Positions 1 through 9,907 of a stretch of 64,000 bases of DNA are shown here, one piece after another. Numbering within the stretch: the stretch's first letter is position 1; every line of letters starts with the position of its first letter. The position numbers were made by a program, and so were the translations under genes. The notes beneath the pieces were generated by a model. That model was not told where the DNA came from and did not search any database. It worked only from the letters and a program-made list of their open reading frames with translations. This stretch comes from Alphaproteobacteria bacterium (GTDB lineage Bacteria > Pseudomonadota > Alphaproteobacteria > JAAXGF01): the NCBI GenBank assembly GCA_963555825.3, contig CAUVXB020000001.1, positions 1,600,001-1,664,000 of the forward strand. The letters are read 5' to 3'.

Positions 1-1159
1 CGCGCACGAAGACCTCCTCGCCCGATCGCACGACGACCTCGACCACACGCGGCTCGAGGCGGTCATCGACGACGGTGTAGACCGTGTCACCCTGGTGGAG
101 CGCGCGCTCGGGCAGGCGCACCACGTCGGCATAGATCCGGTCGGGCACGCGCACCTCGACGAAGGCGCCGGGCCTGAGTACCGTGTCGACGCCGACGCCG
201 TCGAGCCGGGCATAGAGTTCGACGCCACCGCTGGTCGCGTCGATCTCGCTTTCCAAGCGGTCGATCACGGCATCGTGGACGATGCCGCTGCCGGCGAGGC
301 GCCAGACGACCCGCGCCGACCGCCCTTGGTAACCGCCGGCCGCCAGCAGGCGCGCGAACGCGCGGTCGCTCAGGTGGAACTTCGCCTCGAGCCGGCCGGC
401 GTCGATCAGCCGCGCGATCGGGTCGCCGACGCCGACGCGCTTACCGATCGCCGTCTCGGTGTCAATCAGGAAGCCATCGAACGGCGCCACCAGCCGGGTC
501 CGCTCGAGGTCGCGCCGGGCGCGACGGAGCGAGACCTTCCAGCGCGCAAGCACCGCCTGTTCCTCATCGACCCGGGCAGCGAGCCGGTTGACCAGCTCGC
601 CCCGGGTGAGCAGCTGTTGCTCGCTCCTGCTGAGCGCGAGCCGCGAATCGTCGAGCGCCTTCTTCGAAACCGCCGCCGTGCCGGCCAGCTTTTCGCGGCG
701 GTCGACGTCGGCGCGGCTGAGCGCGAGTTGCTCGCGGTCGTGCGTAATGATCTGATTGGTCGCGGCGATCGTCGCGCCGATCTCGGCGACGCGCGCTTTC
801 GATTCGGCGATGCGCGCCTCGAATTCGTCGACGTCGGCGCGGTAGTCGAAGGGATCGATGGCGATCAGCAGCTCGCCTTCCCGCACCACCCCGCCGTTGA
901 GGAATCGTGGGCCGACGTCGATCACCGTGCCGGCGACGAGCGGCCTGAGTTCGACTTCGCGGCCGGCGACGATCTCGCCGAACAGGCGCAGTTCGGGTTG
1001 CGCATCGACACGCGCCGCGGACACCACCGTGACCGGCCAGGCGCGCTCCTCGGGGAGCGTCGGCTCGACCACGGGGCGCGTCGCCTTGAGATAGCCGGCG
1101 CTCGCCACGGCCGCCGCGACGATGACGATGGGCGCGACGATCTTGGTCAGGCGTTTCAT
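1..1159 (-). CDS. RND efflux periplasmic adaptor (membrane fusion protein), 3' end outside window
   Basis: Manual translation from ATG 1159: MKRLTKIVAPIVIVAAAVASAGYLKATRP...FGEIVAGREVELRPLVAGTVIDVGPRFLNGGVVREGELLIAIDPFDY; N-terminal TM plus lipoyl-like half motif; ATGA overlap with upstream TetR stop. Confidence 0.85.
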   Translation of the reverse strand, partial: MKRLTKIVAPIVIVAAAVASAGYLKATRPVVEPTLPEERAWPVTVVSAARVDAQPELRLFGEIVAGREVELRPLVAGTVIDVGPRFLNGGVVREGELLIAIDPFDYRADVDEFEARIAESKARVAEIGATIAATNQIITHDREQLALSRADVDRREKLAGTAAVSKKALDDSRLALSRSEQQLLTRGELVNRLAARVDEEQAVLARWKVSLRRARRDLERTRLVAPFDGFLIDTETAIGKRVGVGDPIARLIDAGRLEAKFHLSDRAFARLLAAGGYQGRSARVVWRLAGSGIVHDAVIDRLESEIDATSGGVELYARLDGVGVDTVLRPGAFVEVRVPDRIYADVVRLPERALHQGDTVYTVVDDRLEPRVVEVVVRSGEEVFVR

Positions 1160-1968
1160 GCCGGCCCGCCAGCTGCCGCGCCCTCGATCGGCGGCAGCCC
1201 GAGCATGGCGAGCACCGCCGGCGTCAACGTGCGAATGATGAAGTCGACGCGCTCGGGCGTGTAACCGTCCCAGCCGAGCCGCGCGCAGACCACCGTGCGG
1301 GCCGCGCCAAGCGCCATACACTGGCCGATGATCGCGGCGGTCAGCAGGCGCGTCTCGGGCGCTTCGGGGGCGCAGCCAACGGCGGCGCCGACCAGCCCGG
1401 CGACGGCGTTGTGGAGCGGGTGGATGCGCTCTTCGAGCAGCATCGGGAAGGCAGCCGTCGGTTCGTGGAACTCGCGCAGCATGAGCTGCATGCGCCAGCG
1501 CATGCGCTCATCAACCAGCACCGAGCCGAGCAGGTGGCGCAGGAAGCCCGCGAGCAGGGCGGCGAGCATCGCGCGATCGCCGCCGGCCGCAGCGACGCCG
1601 CTGGTCAGGCGCTCGGCGGCCGGTCCCATGACCGGCTCCGAATCCTCGATCAGCCGGCGCAGGACGCCGCGGTAGAGCCCCTCCTTGTCGCCGAAGTGAT
1701 AACCGATGGCCGACAGGTTGACATCGGCCGCCTTGGCGACCGCGCGTATCGAAACGGTGTCGAAGCCCTGCCTGGCGAACAGCTTGCCGGCGGCTTCGAG
1801 CATGCGCTCACGGCTCGCCGCGCCGTCGGCGCGTGGTTTTCGGCTCGGGCGACGGGGTGCCGGCGCGCCCTGTATGGCGCCGGCGCTGGTCGCCGACGAC
1901 GCCGCTGTCACGGGTGCCGCGGCGCCGGCTGAACCCGCGGTCTTGCCGGTTGATTGAGTCATTCTCAT
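1156..1968 (-). CDS. TetR/AcrR family regulator (CecR/CerR-like C-terminus)
   Basis: HTH RERMLEAAGKLFARQGFDTVSIRAVAKAADVNLSAIGYHFGDKEGLY; coupled to efflux adaptor; start 1968 or 1962. Confidence 0.9.
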   Translation of the reverse strand: MRMTQSTGKTAGSAGAAAPVTAASSATSAGAIQGAPAPRRPSRKPRADGAASRERMLEAAGKLFARQGFDTVSIRAVAKAADVNLSAIGYHFGDKEGLYRGVLRRLIEDSEPVMGPAAERLTSGVAAAGGDRAMLAALLAGFLRHLLGSVLVDERMRWRMQLMLREFHEPTAAFPMLLEERIHPLHNAVAGLVGAAVGCAPEAPETRLLTAAIIGQCMALGAARTVVCARLGWDGYTPERVDFIIRTLTPAVLAMLGLPPIEGAAAGGPA

Positions 1969-1970
1969 TA

Positions 1971-1994
1971 AATAGATCAAACGTTTGATCTATT
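1971..1994. promoter_or_regulatory. Perfect 24-bp palindrome, probable TetR operator
   Basis: AATAGATCAAACGTTTGATCTATT is its own reverse complement, directly upstream of the TetR start. Confidence 0.75.
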
Positions 1995-2059
1995 CAAGGA
2001 GACTCGATCAATAATTCGCGCGAACAGCGGGTACTGATCTAATTTATGAGAATTTTCTT

Positions 2060-2890
2060 CTAATGCCTTGTCGCATAAAGAAAGGTGATCTGGCCGATCG
2101 TCCGGCGTCGGTCGTCGTAAGCGGCGACGAATTCGTCGAGCGCGGCCGAGGCGTCGAGTTCGCGCACGCGCGCGCAGGCCGCCTCGATCTGATCGCCGCT
2201 CGCCAGCGCCCACATCGAGTCGCCGTCGCGCCATGCCTTGTCGAGCGGGCCGTGGCCATCGAAAAAGGCGTCGCCCTGGCAGACCTGGTCGGCCGGCACG
2301 AAACTGCCGACGTAGTCGAAACCGCTGTCGGTGAGAATTCGGCGTAGCGCGTCGAGCGGTGCGAACCGCTGCCGCATCGCAGCGCCCACTTCGGGGACCA
2401 AATGATAGTACCAATAGGCGTCGAGCTGTTCCTGGCCGCAGCTGTTGACGACCAGCGCACCGCCCGGACGCAGCACGCGCGCGAACTCGCCGATGACGCG
2501 CCGGTGCAACGCATACCCCGCGCCCGCGTTGTCTTCGAGATGGTGTAGCACCTGATTGATCATCACCGCATCGAAGCTCGCCTCACCGAATGGCAGCGCG
2601 GTGATCGCGCCCCGGTGAAAGCCGATGCGGTTCCGCGCCGCGGCATCGGCGAGCTTGGTCGCCGCCTCGTCGAGCATACCCTGGCTCATATCGAGCGCCT
2701 CGACACGGCCGACCCGGTCGACAATCGCCTCGGAATACGCGCCGGTGCCACAACCGGCATCGAGCACCGTAAGCGTGTCGAGCGGCCGCGCCTGACGCGC
2801 CAGGCAGCCGAGGATGATCTCGCTGCCGATCGGTACGCGCGTCCGGTCGTAGTTTCGGCTGGTCTCGTCGTAGGCCTCGTAGCTGCTCAT
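2060..2890 (-). CDS. Class I SAM-dependent methyltransferase
   Basis: VLDAGCGTG motif I, FDAVMINQVLHHL, RVLRPGG; start taken at MSSYEAY. Confidence 0.9.
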   Translation of the reverse strand: MSSYEAYDETSRNYDRTRVPIGSEIILGCLARQARPLDTLTVLDAGCGTGAYSEAIVDRVGRVEALDMSQGMLDEAATKLADAAARNRIGFHRGAITALPFGEASFDAVMINQVLHHLEDNAGAGYALHRRVIGEFARVLRPGGALVVNSCGQEQLDAYWYYHLVPEVGAAMRQRFAPLDALRRILTDSGFDYVGSFVPADQVCQGDAFFDGHGPLDKAWRDGDSMWALASGDQIEAACARVRELDASAALDEFVAAYDDRRRTIGQITFLYATRH

Positions 2891-3035
2891 CTCACCGATC
2901 CCATGCGGTCTGTGCGCCAGCGCAACATGCAACGTCAGCCGTCACCTGACAAGCACGCAAGCGTGCCTCACGGCGTTATGTCCAGAATCCTTCCGCCCAA
3001 CGGGAGCCGGCCGATGAGACGATCATCGTGCCGAA

Positions 3036-3135
3036 TGTGATGGTCGTCACACCCGATACACCGAAAAGGGCATCGTTTGTGACGAGTGTCACAACGAAAT
3101 CCCGAATTTCCGCAAGCGACGTGATGGCCATCATA
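3036..3135. promoter_or_regulatory. Three CRP-like boxes at 42-bp spacing
   Basis: TGTGA-tggtcg-TCACA (3036), TGTGA-cgagtg-TCACA (3078), cGTGA-tggcca-TCAtA (3120). Confidence 0.65.
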
Positions 3136-3225
3136 GAAAAACATTCGATTCCAATTGATGATGAGCGCCAGAAATTGCGGGGCTGGAGCCAAGAGCCTCC
3201 GAGCAGGAATTGGGAAGGTTGTAGG

Positions 3226-4995
3226 ATGTTGCATCAAATTCTTGAACGCGCGGGAGCCTTTGCGAGACCATGGGTCGAAAGAGCGTTTGTCGTCATCACC
3301 GCGGCGGCGATCTTGGGCGCGCCAGTGATGGTTCGCGCGGCCGCTACCCCTGCCGAGATCGCGGTCGCTGCCATCGACACGAAGACAACCCCATCAAACG
3401 TCACGTTACCAGTTGATGCCGACCCAACGTTGGTGCTGAACATTCAGCGGCGCTTGGCGCAGTTGGGTCTATACCTGGCCGCGGTCGACGGCCGCGTAAC
3501 CCGGGACACAACCGCGGCCATCCGCGACTATCAGCGACAGGCGAGATTGAAGGTCGACGGCGCGCCCTCACGAGCGCTGCTCGAACATCTGAATTCATCG
3601 GCCGCCGAGGGGCAGGACTTGCTCCAGCGTCTCGAGGCGGCGCGAGAAGAACAGATCGCGGTGGCACGACAGACCCTCGAGGCGCACGCCCCGATCCGTG
3701 AGCTCTTCGCCGACGTCGCCACCTTCACTGAGCAAGAAAGTGCGGCGCCGACAGAATCCGAGGATTGTTCCGCGACACCGACCGCATTGTGTCTGGTCGA
3801 CGAGGCGTATGCCGCCGCTGCCACGATCAACAAGGCCGATTACCGCGGCCGGGCGCTCGGCGACGTCGCCGTTGCCCGTGCCGCCGCCGGAGATGGCCCG
3901 GCGGCGCTGAGCGCCGCGGCACGGCTGGCCGACCCCCGATTGCTGATCGTCGCGCTCGGGAGGATCGCACAGGCGCAGGCCGATACCGGGGATTACGAAA
4001 GTGCGCTTGCAACCGCGCGCCCGATCCCCGACCCGATCGTCCGGTCCGAGACGCTTAGCGGCATCGCACTGACGCAGCACATGGCGGGGAACGACGAAGC
4101 GGCGCGCCAAACGGTTTCCGAAGCCCTGGAAACGGCGGCGACGATCCCGGACATGGCTCGGCGGGTGATGGTGGAGAGCGAGATCGCCGGCGTACAGGCC
4201 AAGACCGGTGACTGGGCAGGTGCGGTGGCAAGTCTCGACAGCGCGCTTAAGCAAGCGCGTGTCCTGGAGACATCCGATCAACGGGATCTCGCGTTGAGTC
4301 GCGTTGCCGCCGCCATGGTCGAAACCGGACAGCTCGGAAAGGCTCTTGCCATCGTCGCAACCATCGTCGAAGCCCGGCACCGCACACCCACCCTGATCCT
4401 GGCGGCTGCTGCTCAAGCCGAGTCCGGCGACGTGCCGCGGGCGATAGAGACCGTCGCGTCGATCAACGAGATCCGCTACCAAGTGGTCGCGCTTGAGAAG
4501 CTGGCGTCGGCGCAGGCGCGGGCGAATGACAGAGCGGCGGCCCTGGCCACGCTCGCCGATGCACGGTCGAAGAGCGACAAGATTTTATACAGCTACTCTC
4601 GAGCATACGGTCTCAGCCTCATTGCACGAGCCCAGGCGGAGATTGGCGCCTTTGGCGAGGCACTCGACACGTCGGCAATGATCGATAACCAGGCGTTGCA
4701 GGCCCGCACCTTATGGACAGTGGCTGCCGCGCAAGCACGCGTCGGCGATACTGTGGCGGCACTGCGGAGCGAGACGCTGGCGCTCGCCACGGCAAACGAT
4801 ATCGAGGACAGCCTCGACCGCATTTGGTTGCTCTGCGACATCGCAATGGCGCGGTCGAATTCCGGCGACAACACAGCGGCACAGGCGATGTTCGATCGTG
4901 CGATGGGACACACCCGGGCGCTAAACACTCCCTGGCTGCGAGCACGCGCGCTGAGCAGGCTCGCCATGACCCTGGTCGCCATGCAGCGCAGCTAA
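3226..4995 (+). CDS. Exported peptidoglycan-binding-domain protein with TPR-like helical repeats
   Basis: Hydrophobic N-terminus; PG_binding_1 pattern IQRRLAQLGLYLAAVDG..T.AAIRDYQRQARLKVDG; many AL..IA.AQA..GD...A repeats; start likely ATG 3226. Confidence 0.75.
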   Translation: MLHQILERAGAFARPWVERAFVVITAAAILGAPVMVRAAATPAEIAVAAIDTKTTPSNVTLPVDADPTLVLNIQRRLAQLGLYLAAVDGRVTRDTTAAIRDYQRQARLKVDGAPSRALLEHLNSSAAEGQDLLQRLEAAREEQIAVARQTLEAHAPIRELFADVATFTEQESAAPTESEDCSATPTALCLVDEAYAAAATINKADYRGRALGDVAVARAAAGDGPAALSAAARLADPRLLIVALGRIAQAQADTGDYESALATARPIPDPIVRSETLSGIALTQHMAGNDEAARQTVSEALETAATIPDMARRVMVESEIAGVQAKTGDWAGAVASLDSALKQARVLETSDQRDLALSRVAAAMVETGQLGKALAIVATIVEARHRTPTLILAAAAQAESGDVPRAIETVASINEIRYQVVALEKLASAQARANDRAAALATLADARSKSDKILYSYSRAYGLSLIARAQAEIGAFGEALDTSAMIDNQALQARTLWTVAAAQARVGDTVAALRSETLALATANDIEDSLDRIWLLCDIAMARSNSGDNTAAQAMFDRAMGHTRALNTPWLRARALSRLAMTLVAMQRS

Positions 4996-5173
4996 CGCAT
5001 CGTCCGGTCATCTTTACGCGGCGCAAAGATGACCCGCGTTCAACCGCCGCGCATGCCACTCTTATGGCATCAAATCTGGCTTATAGAATAAATTCTGACC
5101 GCAGGAGCGGCGGCCCGCCCTCTTGTCAGTATCAAGATGGCGCGGGCTGACATCGCCCAACGGGTCCTTGGTA

Positions 5174-7228
5174 TTAGGCCGGCCGGAGCCACACCGACGT
5201 GTCGTGGAAGACGGCGCCGCCCAAAGGCGCGCCGGGATCGGCGCTGGTCAGGGCGTTGACGCCGAGGCCCTCCTCGAAGGCGGCGTTGGGCCAGATACTC
5301 TCGATCACCACGACGCCGCGCTGCAGGCCGTCGAACGATTTGGCGTGAACCACGATGTCGGCGCGCGCGTTGCCGACGCGAATGCGGCCGCCGTCGTCGA
5401 TGGCGAGCGCCGCGAGGTCGTCGGGGTGGACCATGGCGGTCGGCCGGCCCTCGCGCTTCCTCGAGGTCGGCGTCTCGGTGAAGGACGAGTTGAGGTACTG
5501 GCGCGCCGGCGCCGTGACCAGGCGGAACGGGCGCTCCTCGCAGGCCGCGTCGATCACCGCAAAATGGTCGGGCAGTTTTGGCATCGCCTGGTGTGCGCGG
5601 CCGACGCGCGACCAGTCGGGCGCGAAGTGGAAGCGGCCGTCCGGCGTCGCGAAGCCGGTCAGGAAATGGGCCTCATCGAAGTCGGGCTGGCAGTCGATCC
5701 AGTGCTTGGCGCGCAGTTCCTCGGCGCCCGGCCAGCCGGAGGATTTTAGCGTCTCGTCGATGATCTCCCAGCCGCTCATCTCGAAGCCCCGGTGCGTCGC
5801 GCCGAGCCGCTTGGCCAAGCCGCAGATGACCTCGTGGTTGGCGCGCGTGCCGGTGAGTGGCTCGATGATCTTTGGCCCGAAGATGATATGCGAATGGCCG
5901 CCCGCCATGTAGATGTCGTCGTGCTCGAGGAACATCGTCGCCGGCAAGACGATATCGGCCATCTCGGCGGTCTCGGTCATGAACTGCTCGTGGACGCAGA
6001 CGAAAAGGTCGTCGCGCGCGAAACCCTCGCGCACCTTGAGGGTCTCGGGCGCCACCATCATCGGGTTGGTGTTTTGGATCAGCATCGCGGTGACCGGCGG
6101 GCCGTCGCCCAGGTCGCGCGGATCACCGGTCAGCACCGGGCCGATGCGCGACTGGTCGAGCTTGCGCACGCCGCGGTCCACGGCGTCGAGCCCCTCGATC
6201 AGCGTCTTGTCCCAATGGTAGATCGCGCGGTTGGAATAGAACGCGCCGCCGCCCACATGCCGCCACTTGCCGGTCACGGTCGGCAGGCAGGTCACGGCAT
6301 GGACCGCGGCCGAGCCGTTGCGTGAGCGCGCGAAGCCGTAGCCGACGCGGATATAGCTCCGCTCGGTCGCCCCATAGAGCCGCGCGAAGTCGACGATCTC
6401 CTGCTCGGCGACGCCGGTGATCTCGGACGCCCAAGCCGGCGTGCGGGTCGCCAGATGCGCCTCGAGCGCGTCGGGACAGTCGGCGTAGCGGGCCATGTAT
6501 TCGCGGTCGGCAAAACCCTCGGCGAACAGCACGTGCATCATCGCACAGGCGAGCGCGCCGTCGGTGCCCGGCCGGAGCGCGATGTGGATGTCGGCCGCCT
6601 CGGCGGTGCCGTTGCGGTAGGGATCGACGACCACCAACTTGGCGCCGCGGCCCTTGCGCGCCCGTGCGACATGCGTCATCACGTTGACCTGGGTCGCCAC
6701 CGCGTTGGTGCCCCAGCATACGACCAAATCGGCCTCGGCCATCTCGCGCGGATCGGGGCCCCGATAGGCGCCGGTACCGGCGAGCCAGCCGGCGTCGACC
6801 AGCGTCGTGCAGATCGATGAGTGCTGGCGCGAATACTTCATGACATTGCGCAGGCGGTCGATGCCGTCGCGCTGCAACAGCCCCATGGTGCCGGCATAGT
6901 AGTAGGGCCAGACCGTCTCCGGGCCGTGACGGGCCGCGGCCGCCTGGAAGCGCGTGGCGACCTCGTCGAGCGCGTCGTCCCACGAAACCGGTGCGAACTG
7001 GCCGCTGCCCTTTGGCCCGGCGCGGCGTAACGGCTGAGTCAGGCGGTCGGGGTGATGGACGCGCTCGGCATAGCGCGCGACCTTGGCGCAGATGACGCCC
7101 GCCGTGTAGGTATTCTCGGGATCGCCGCGCAGCTTGCCGATGGTCTGCGCATCGAGCCGCTCGACGACCAGCGCGCAGGTGCTCGGACAGTCGTGGGGAC
7201 AGGCGGAATGGAAGAGCTCGACCGACAC
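5174..7228 (-). CDS. Molybdopterin-dependent oxidoreductase (DMSO reductase superfamily)
   Basis: CPHDCPSTC..GVICAKV Fe-S motif, HPDRLTQPL, VSWDDALD, ADIVLPATMFLE, C-terminal molydop-binding domain; start uncertain. Confidence 0.9.
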   Translation of the reverse strand: MSVELFHSACPHDCPSTCALVVERLDAQTIGKLRGDPENTYTAGVICAKVARYAERVHHPDRLTQPLRRAGPKGSGQFAPVSWDDALDEVATRFQAAAARHGPETVWPYYYAGTMGLLQRDGIDRLRNVMKYSRQHSSICTTLVDAGWLAGTGAYRGPDPREMAEADLVVCWGTNAVATQVNVMTHVARARKGRGAKLVVVDPYRNGTAEAADIHIALRPGTDGALACAMMHVLFAEGFADREYMARYADCPDALEAHLATRTPAWASEITGVAEQEIVDFARLYGATERSYIRVGYGFARSRNGSAAVHAVTCLPTVTGKWRHVGGGAFYSNRAIYHWDKTLIEGLDAVDRGVRKLDQSRIGPVLTGDPRDLGDGPPVTAMLIQNTNPMMVAPETLKVREGFARDDLFVCVHEQFMTETAEMADIVLPATMFLEHDDIYMAGGHSHIIFGPKIIEPLTGTRANHEVICGLAKRLGATHRGFEMSGWEIIDETLKSSGWPGAEELRAKHWIDCQPDFDEAHFLTGFATPDGRFHFAPDWSRVGRAHQAMPKLPDHFAVIDAACEERPFRLVTAPARQYLNSSFTETPTSRKREGRPTAMVHPDDLAALAIDDGGRIRVGNARADIVVHAKSFDGLQRGVVVIESIWPNAAFEEGLGVNALTSADPGAPLGGAVFHDTSVWLRPA

Positions 7229-7398
7229 GCGATGTTCCCCGTCGTGGTTGACGCGACGGCGCGATCCTAGCCGCCCGAGGCGCCACCGTCGAGCGCCGCA
7301 GCGCCCGCCCTTCGGGCGATTCCCCCTTTCGCTGGGCCGGCAGCTAAGGCACACTGACCCGTCACGCGAGCGCGCCGACACTTGAGGGGTAACGAGGT

Positions 7399-8208
7399 TT
7401 GACCGCGACCGACACGATTGAAGTGCGATTCTGGGGCGTGCGGGGCGGCATCCCCTGCCCCGGGCCGACGACCGCCCGTTACGGCGGCAACACCGCTTGC
7501 GTCGAAATGCGATTGGGCGAACACACGGTGGTGGCCGATGCCGGCACGGGTCTTCGGCCGCTCGGCCACGCGCTCAATGCGCGCGCGCCGGTGACCGTCA
7601 ACCTGTTGTTCAGCCACACCACCTTCGACCGCATCAGCGGCATCCCGTTCTGTTCGGCCGCCTACAACCCGGCCAACGCCTTCCGCATCTGGGCCGGCCA
7701 TCTGCCGACCGGCGAAAGCGTGAAAGACATCCTGCGCAATCTGATGACCGACCCGGTGTTTCCGGTGCCGATGGAGATTCTCAACGCCTCGCTCGAGTTC
7801 AACGACTTCGACGCCGGTGAGACGCTGCGGCCGGCGCCGGGGCTCCGCGTCAGGACGGCGTCGCTCAACCACACGGCGCCGGTCACCGGTTATCGGGTGG
7901 AATGGAACGGCAAGAGCATCTGTTACGTCTCTGACCTGATCGCCGGCGAGGGCGGCGACGAGGGCGCCGCGCTCGCGCTGCTCGACGGCGCCGATCTCGC
8001 GATCGTCAACACCGCCGACAATGCGCCGGGTGCGAGCGACTGGCGTGATGCCGTGCGGTTGTGCGAGACGGCCGGCGTAACGACCTGCGCCACGTTCAGC
8101 CACCTTGCCGACCACGACGACACGGCGCTCGACGAGATCGCCGTCGCGGCCGAGAAGCTGCGGCCGGGTACCGTCGTCGCGCGCGAGGGCATGACGCTCT
8201 CGGTTTAG
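7399..8208 (+). CDS. MBL-fold metallo-hydrolase with degenerate metal motif
   Basis: VRFWGVRGGIPCPG..T.RYGGNT.CVE, DAGTG; the HxHxDH position reads HTTFDR. Confidence 0.75.
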   Translation: MTATDTIEVRFWGVRGGIPCPGPTTARYGGNTACVEMRLGEHTVVADAGTGLRPLGHALNARAPVTVNLLFSHTTFDRISGIPFCSAAYNPANAFRIWAGHLPTGESVKDILRNLMTDPVFPVPMEILNASLEFNDFDAGETLRPAPGLRVRTASLNHTAPVTGYRVEWNGKSICYVSDLIAGEGGDEGAALALLDGADLAIVNTADNAPGASDWRDAVRLCETAGVTTCATFSHLADHDDTALDEIAVAAEKLRPGTVVAREGMTLSV

Positions 8209-8479
8209 ACCACTGCGCCAGCGTCCTCGCCGAAATCCGCACACCGGATGCCCACGAAATATCTTGCGCATCACCTGATCGGGTGATGACAAGGGGTGGC
8301 TTCATGCGATGATTTCCGTCAAGGTGACGTCAGTCTATCGCCGGTTCGAACCGAGTCGATCGGCTGCGGGATGTACCAGTTCTCTCTTTTCCTTTATTTG
8401 GAACGGAGAACTGGCGAGCGAGGCGAGGGGCGTGCCCCCTACGACATCGAATTTGTAACTTTTGCAATGGGAGACCGAC

Positions 8480-8824
<345 letters not shown>

Positions 8825-8889
8825 CAGCGTCGAAGCTTAGCGCCACACGACCGTTACTCGCGGGTCCGCAAGTAACCCACGCATCGAAC

Positions 8890-8926
8890 CGGGAGAGGGG
8901 TGGCAGCATCCCTCTCCCGAACTTTT
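8890..8926 (+). terminator. Probable intrinsic terminator between convergent genes
   Basis: Stem CGGGAGAGGG / CCCTCTCCCG followed by AACTTTT. Confidence 0.55.
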
Positions 8927-8938
8927 CCTAGGGATGTG

Positions 8939-9907
8939 TCAACCCGGCGCCATCGTAGCGTCGATCACGTCGGCGAGCGTGAGATCGTCGAGCGATGGCC
9001 GCCGCAGGAAGCCGACAGCGGCGCCGCGGGGCACCGTTCGGACCGGGTCCGACGCGTATGAGTAGAGCACCAAGCTCGGGCAGTCGGCGGCGCCGATCAG
9101 ATGCATCGGCCCGGTATCGTTGCCGACCGCGAGCGCGGCGCCGCGCGCCAATGCGACGATGTCCTCGAAACTCGTCTCGCCGCACAGGTTGAGTGCCTCG
9201 GGGCAGCCTCGGGCAATCGCGTCGAGCACCGCCGCTTCGGCGCTCCCGCCGAGCAGCACGGGTTGCATTCCTTCGCCGGCCAGGTGTTGGGCGAGCGCGG
9301 CGTAGCGCGCCGCCGGCCAGCGCTTCTCGGGGCGGTGCGCCGAGCCGCCCGGTGCCAACAGCGCATACCGGCCGGCAAGGCCGAAGCGCGCAACATCCCC
9401 AGCGGCCCACGAGATATCGATCTCGGGGACTGCCGCAACGCCGGCGGCGGCCACCTGGTCGACGACGCGATCGAGGCTGTGCATCGTCAGGCGCTGCGGA
9501 TTGTCATGCGGATGCGAGCAGCCGCGCACGACACCCGACCATTCCGGCCGCCGACGCCAACCAAACAGGCGGAAATAGGTTGCGCTGCGGTCGCTGGTCT
9601 GGAGGTCGTAGACGCGCGCGAAACCGCCAGCGCGCAGCTTCCTGCCGAGCGCCAGCCAATCGCCGAACTGCATGATACTCGGTCGGCCGTCGATCCAGAC
9701 CTCGTCGAAATAGCCGCACGCCTGCGCCAAATCGACGAATGGCGCGGTGGTCAGCAGGGTAATGCGGGCGTCCGCGTGGTGCGCCCGGATCGCCTTGAAC
9801 GCGGCCATGGCGAGCACGAAATCGCCCAAGGCGCTCAGTTTGATAACCAGGATAGGCGCCAACTCTGAATGTCCCTCAAGGTTCCCGACACGACCGGTCG
9901 GCGTCAC
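8939..9907 (-). CDS. Glycosyltransferase family 9 (ADP-heptose:LPS heptosyltransferase-like)
   Basis: ILVIKLSALGDFV, KRWPA, GNDTGPMHL. Confidence 0.9.
   Translation of the reverse strand: MTPTGRVGNLEGHSELAPILVIKLSALGDFVLAMAAFKAIRAHHADARITLLTTAPFVDLAQACGYFDEVWIDGRPSIMQFGDWLALGRKLRAGGFARVYDLQTSDRSATYFRLFGWRRRPEWSGVVRGCSHPHDNPQRLTMHSLDRVVDQVAAAGVAAVPEIDISWAAGDVARFGLAGRYALLAPGGSAHRPEKRWPAARYAALAQHLAGEGMQPVLLGGSAEAAVLDAIARGCPEALNLCGETSFEDIVALARGAALAVGNDTGPMHLIGAADCPSLVLYSYASDPVRTVPRGAAVGFLRRPSLDDLTLADVIDATMAPG

Noticed and set aside
95-1264. 389-aa + strand ORF and similar long antisense ORFs (e.g. 20118-22469, 39471-41375, 28308-29678)
   Set aside because: Shadow frames of well-supported opposite-strand genes in high-GC DNA; no recognisable motifs.
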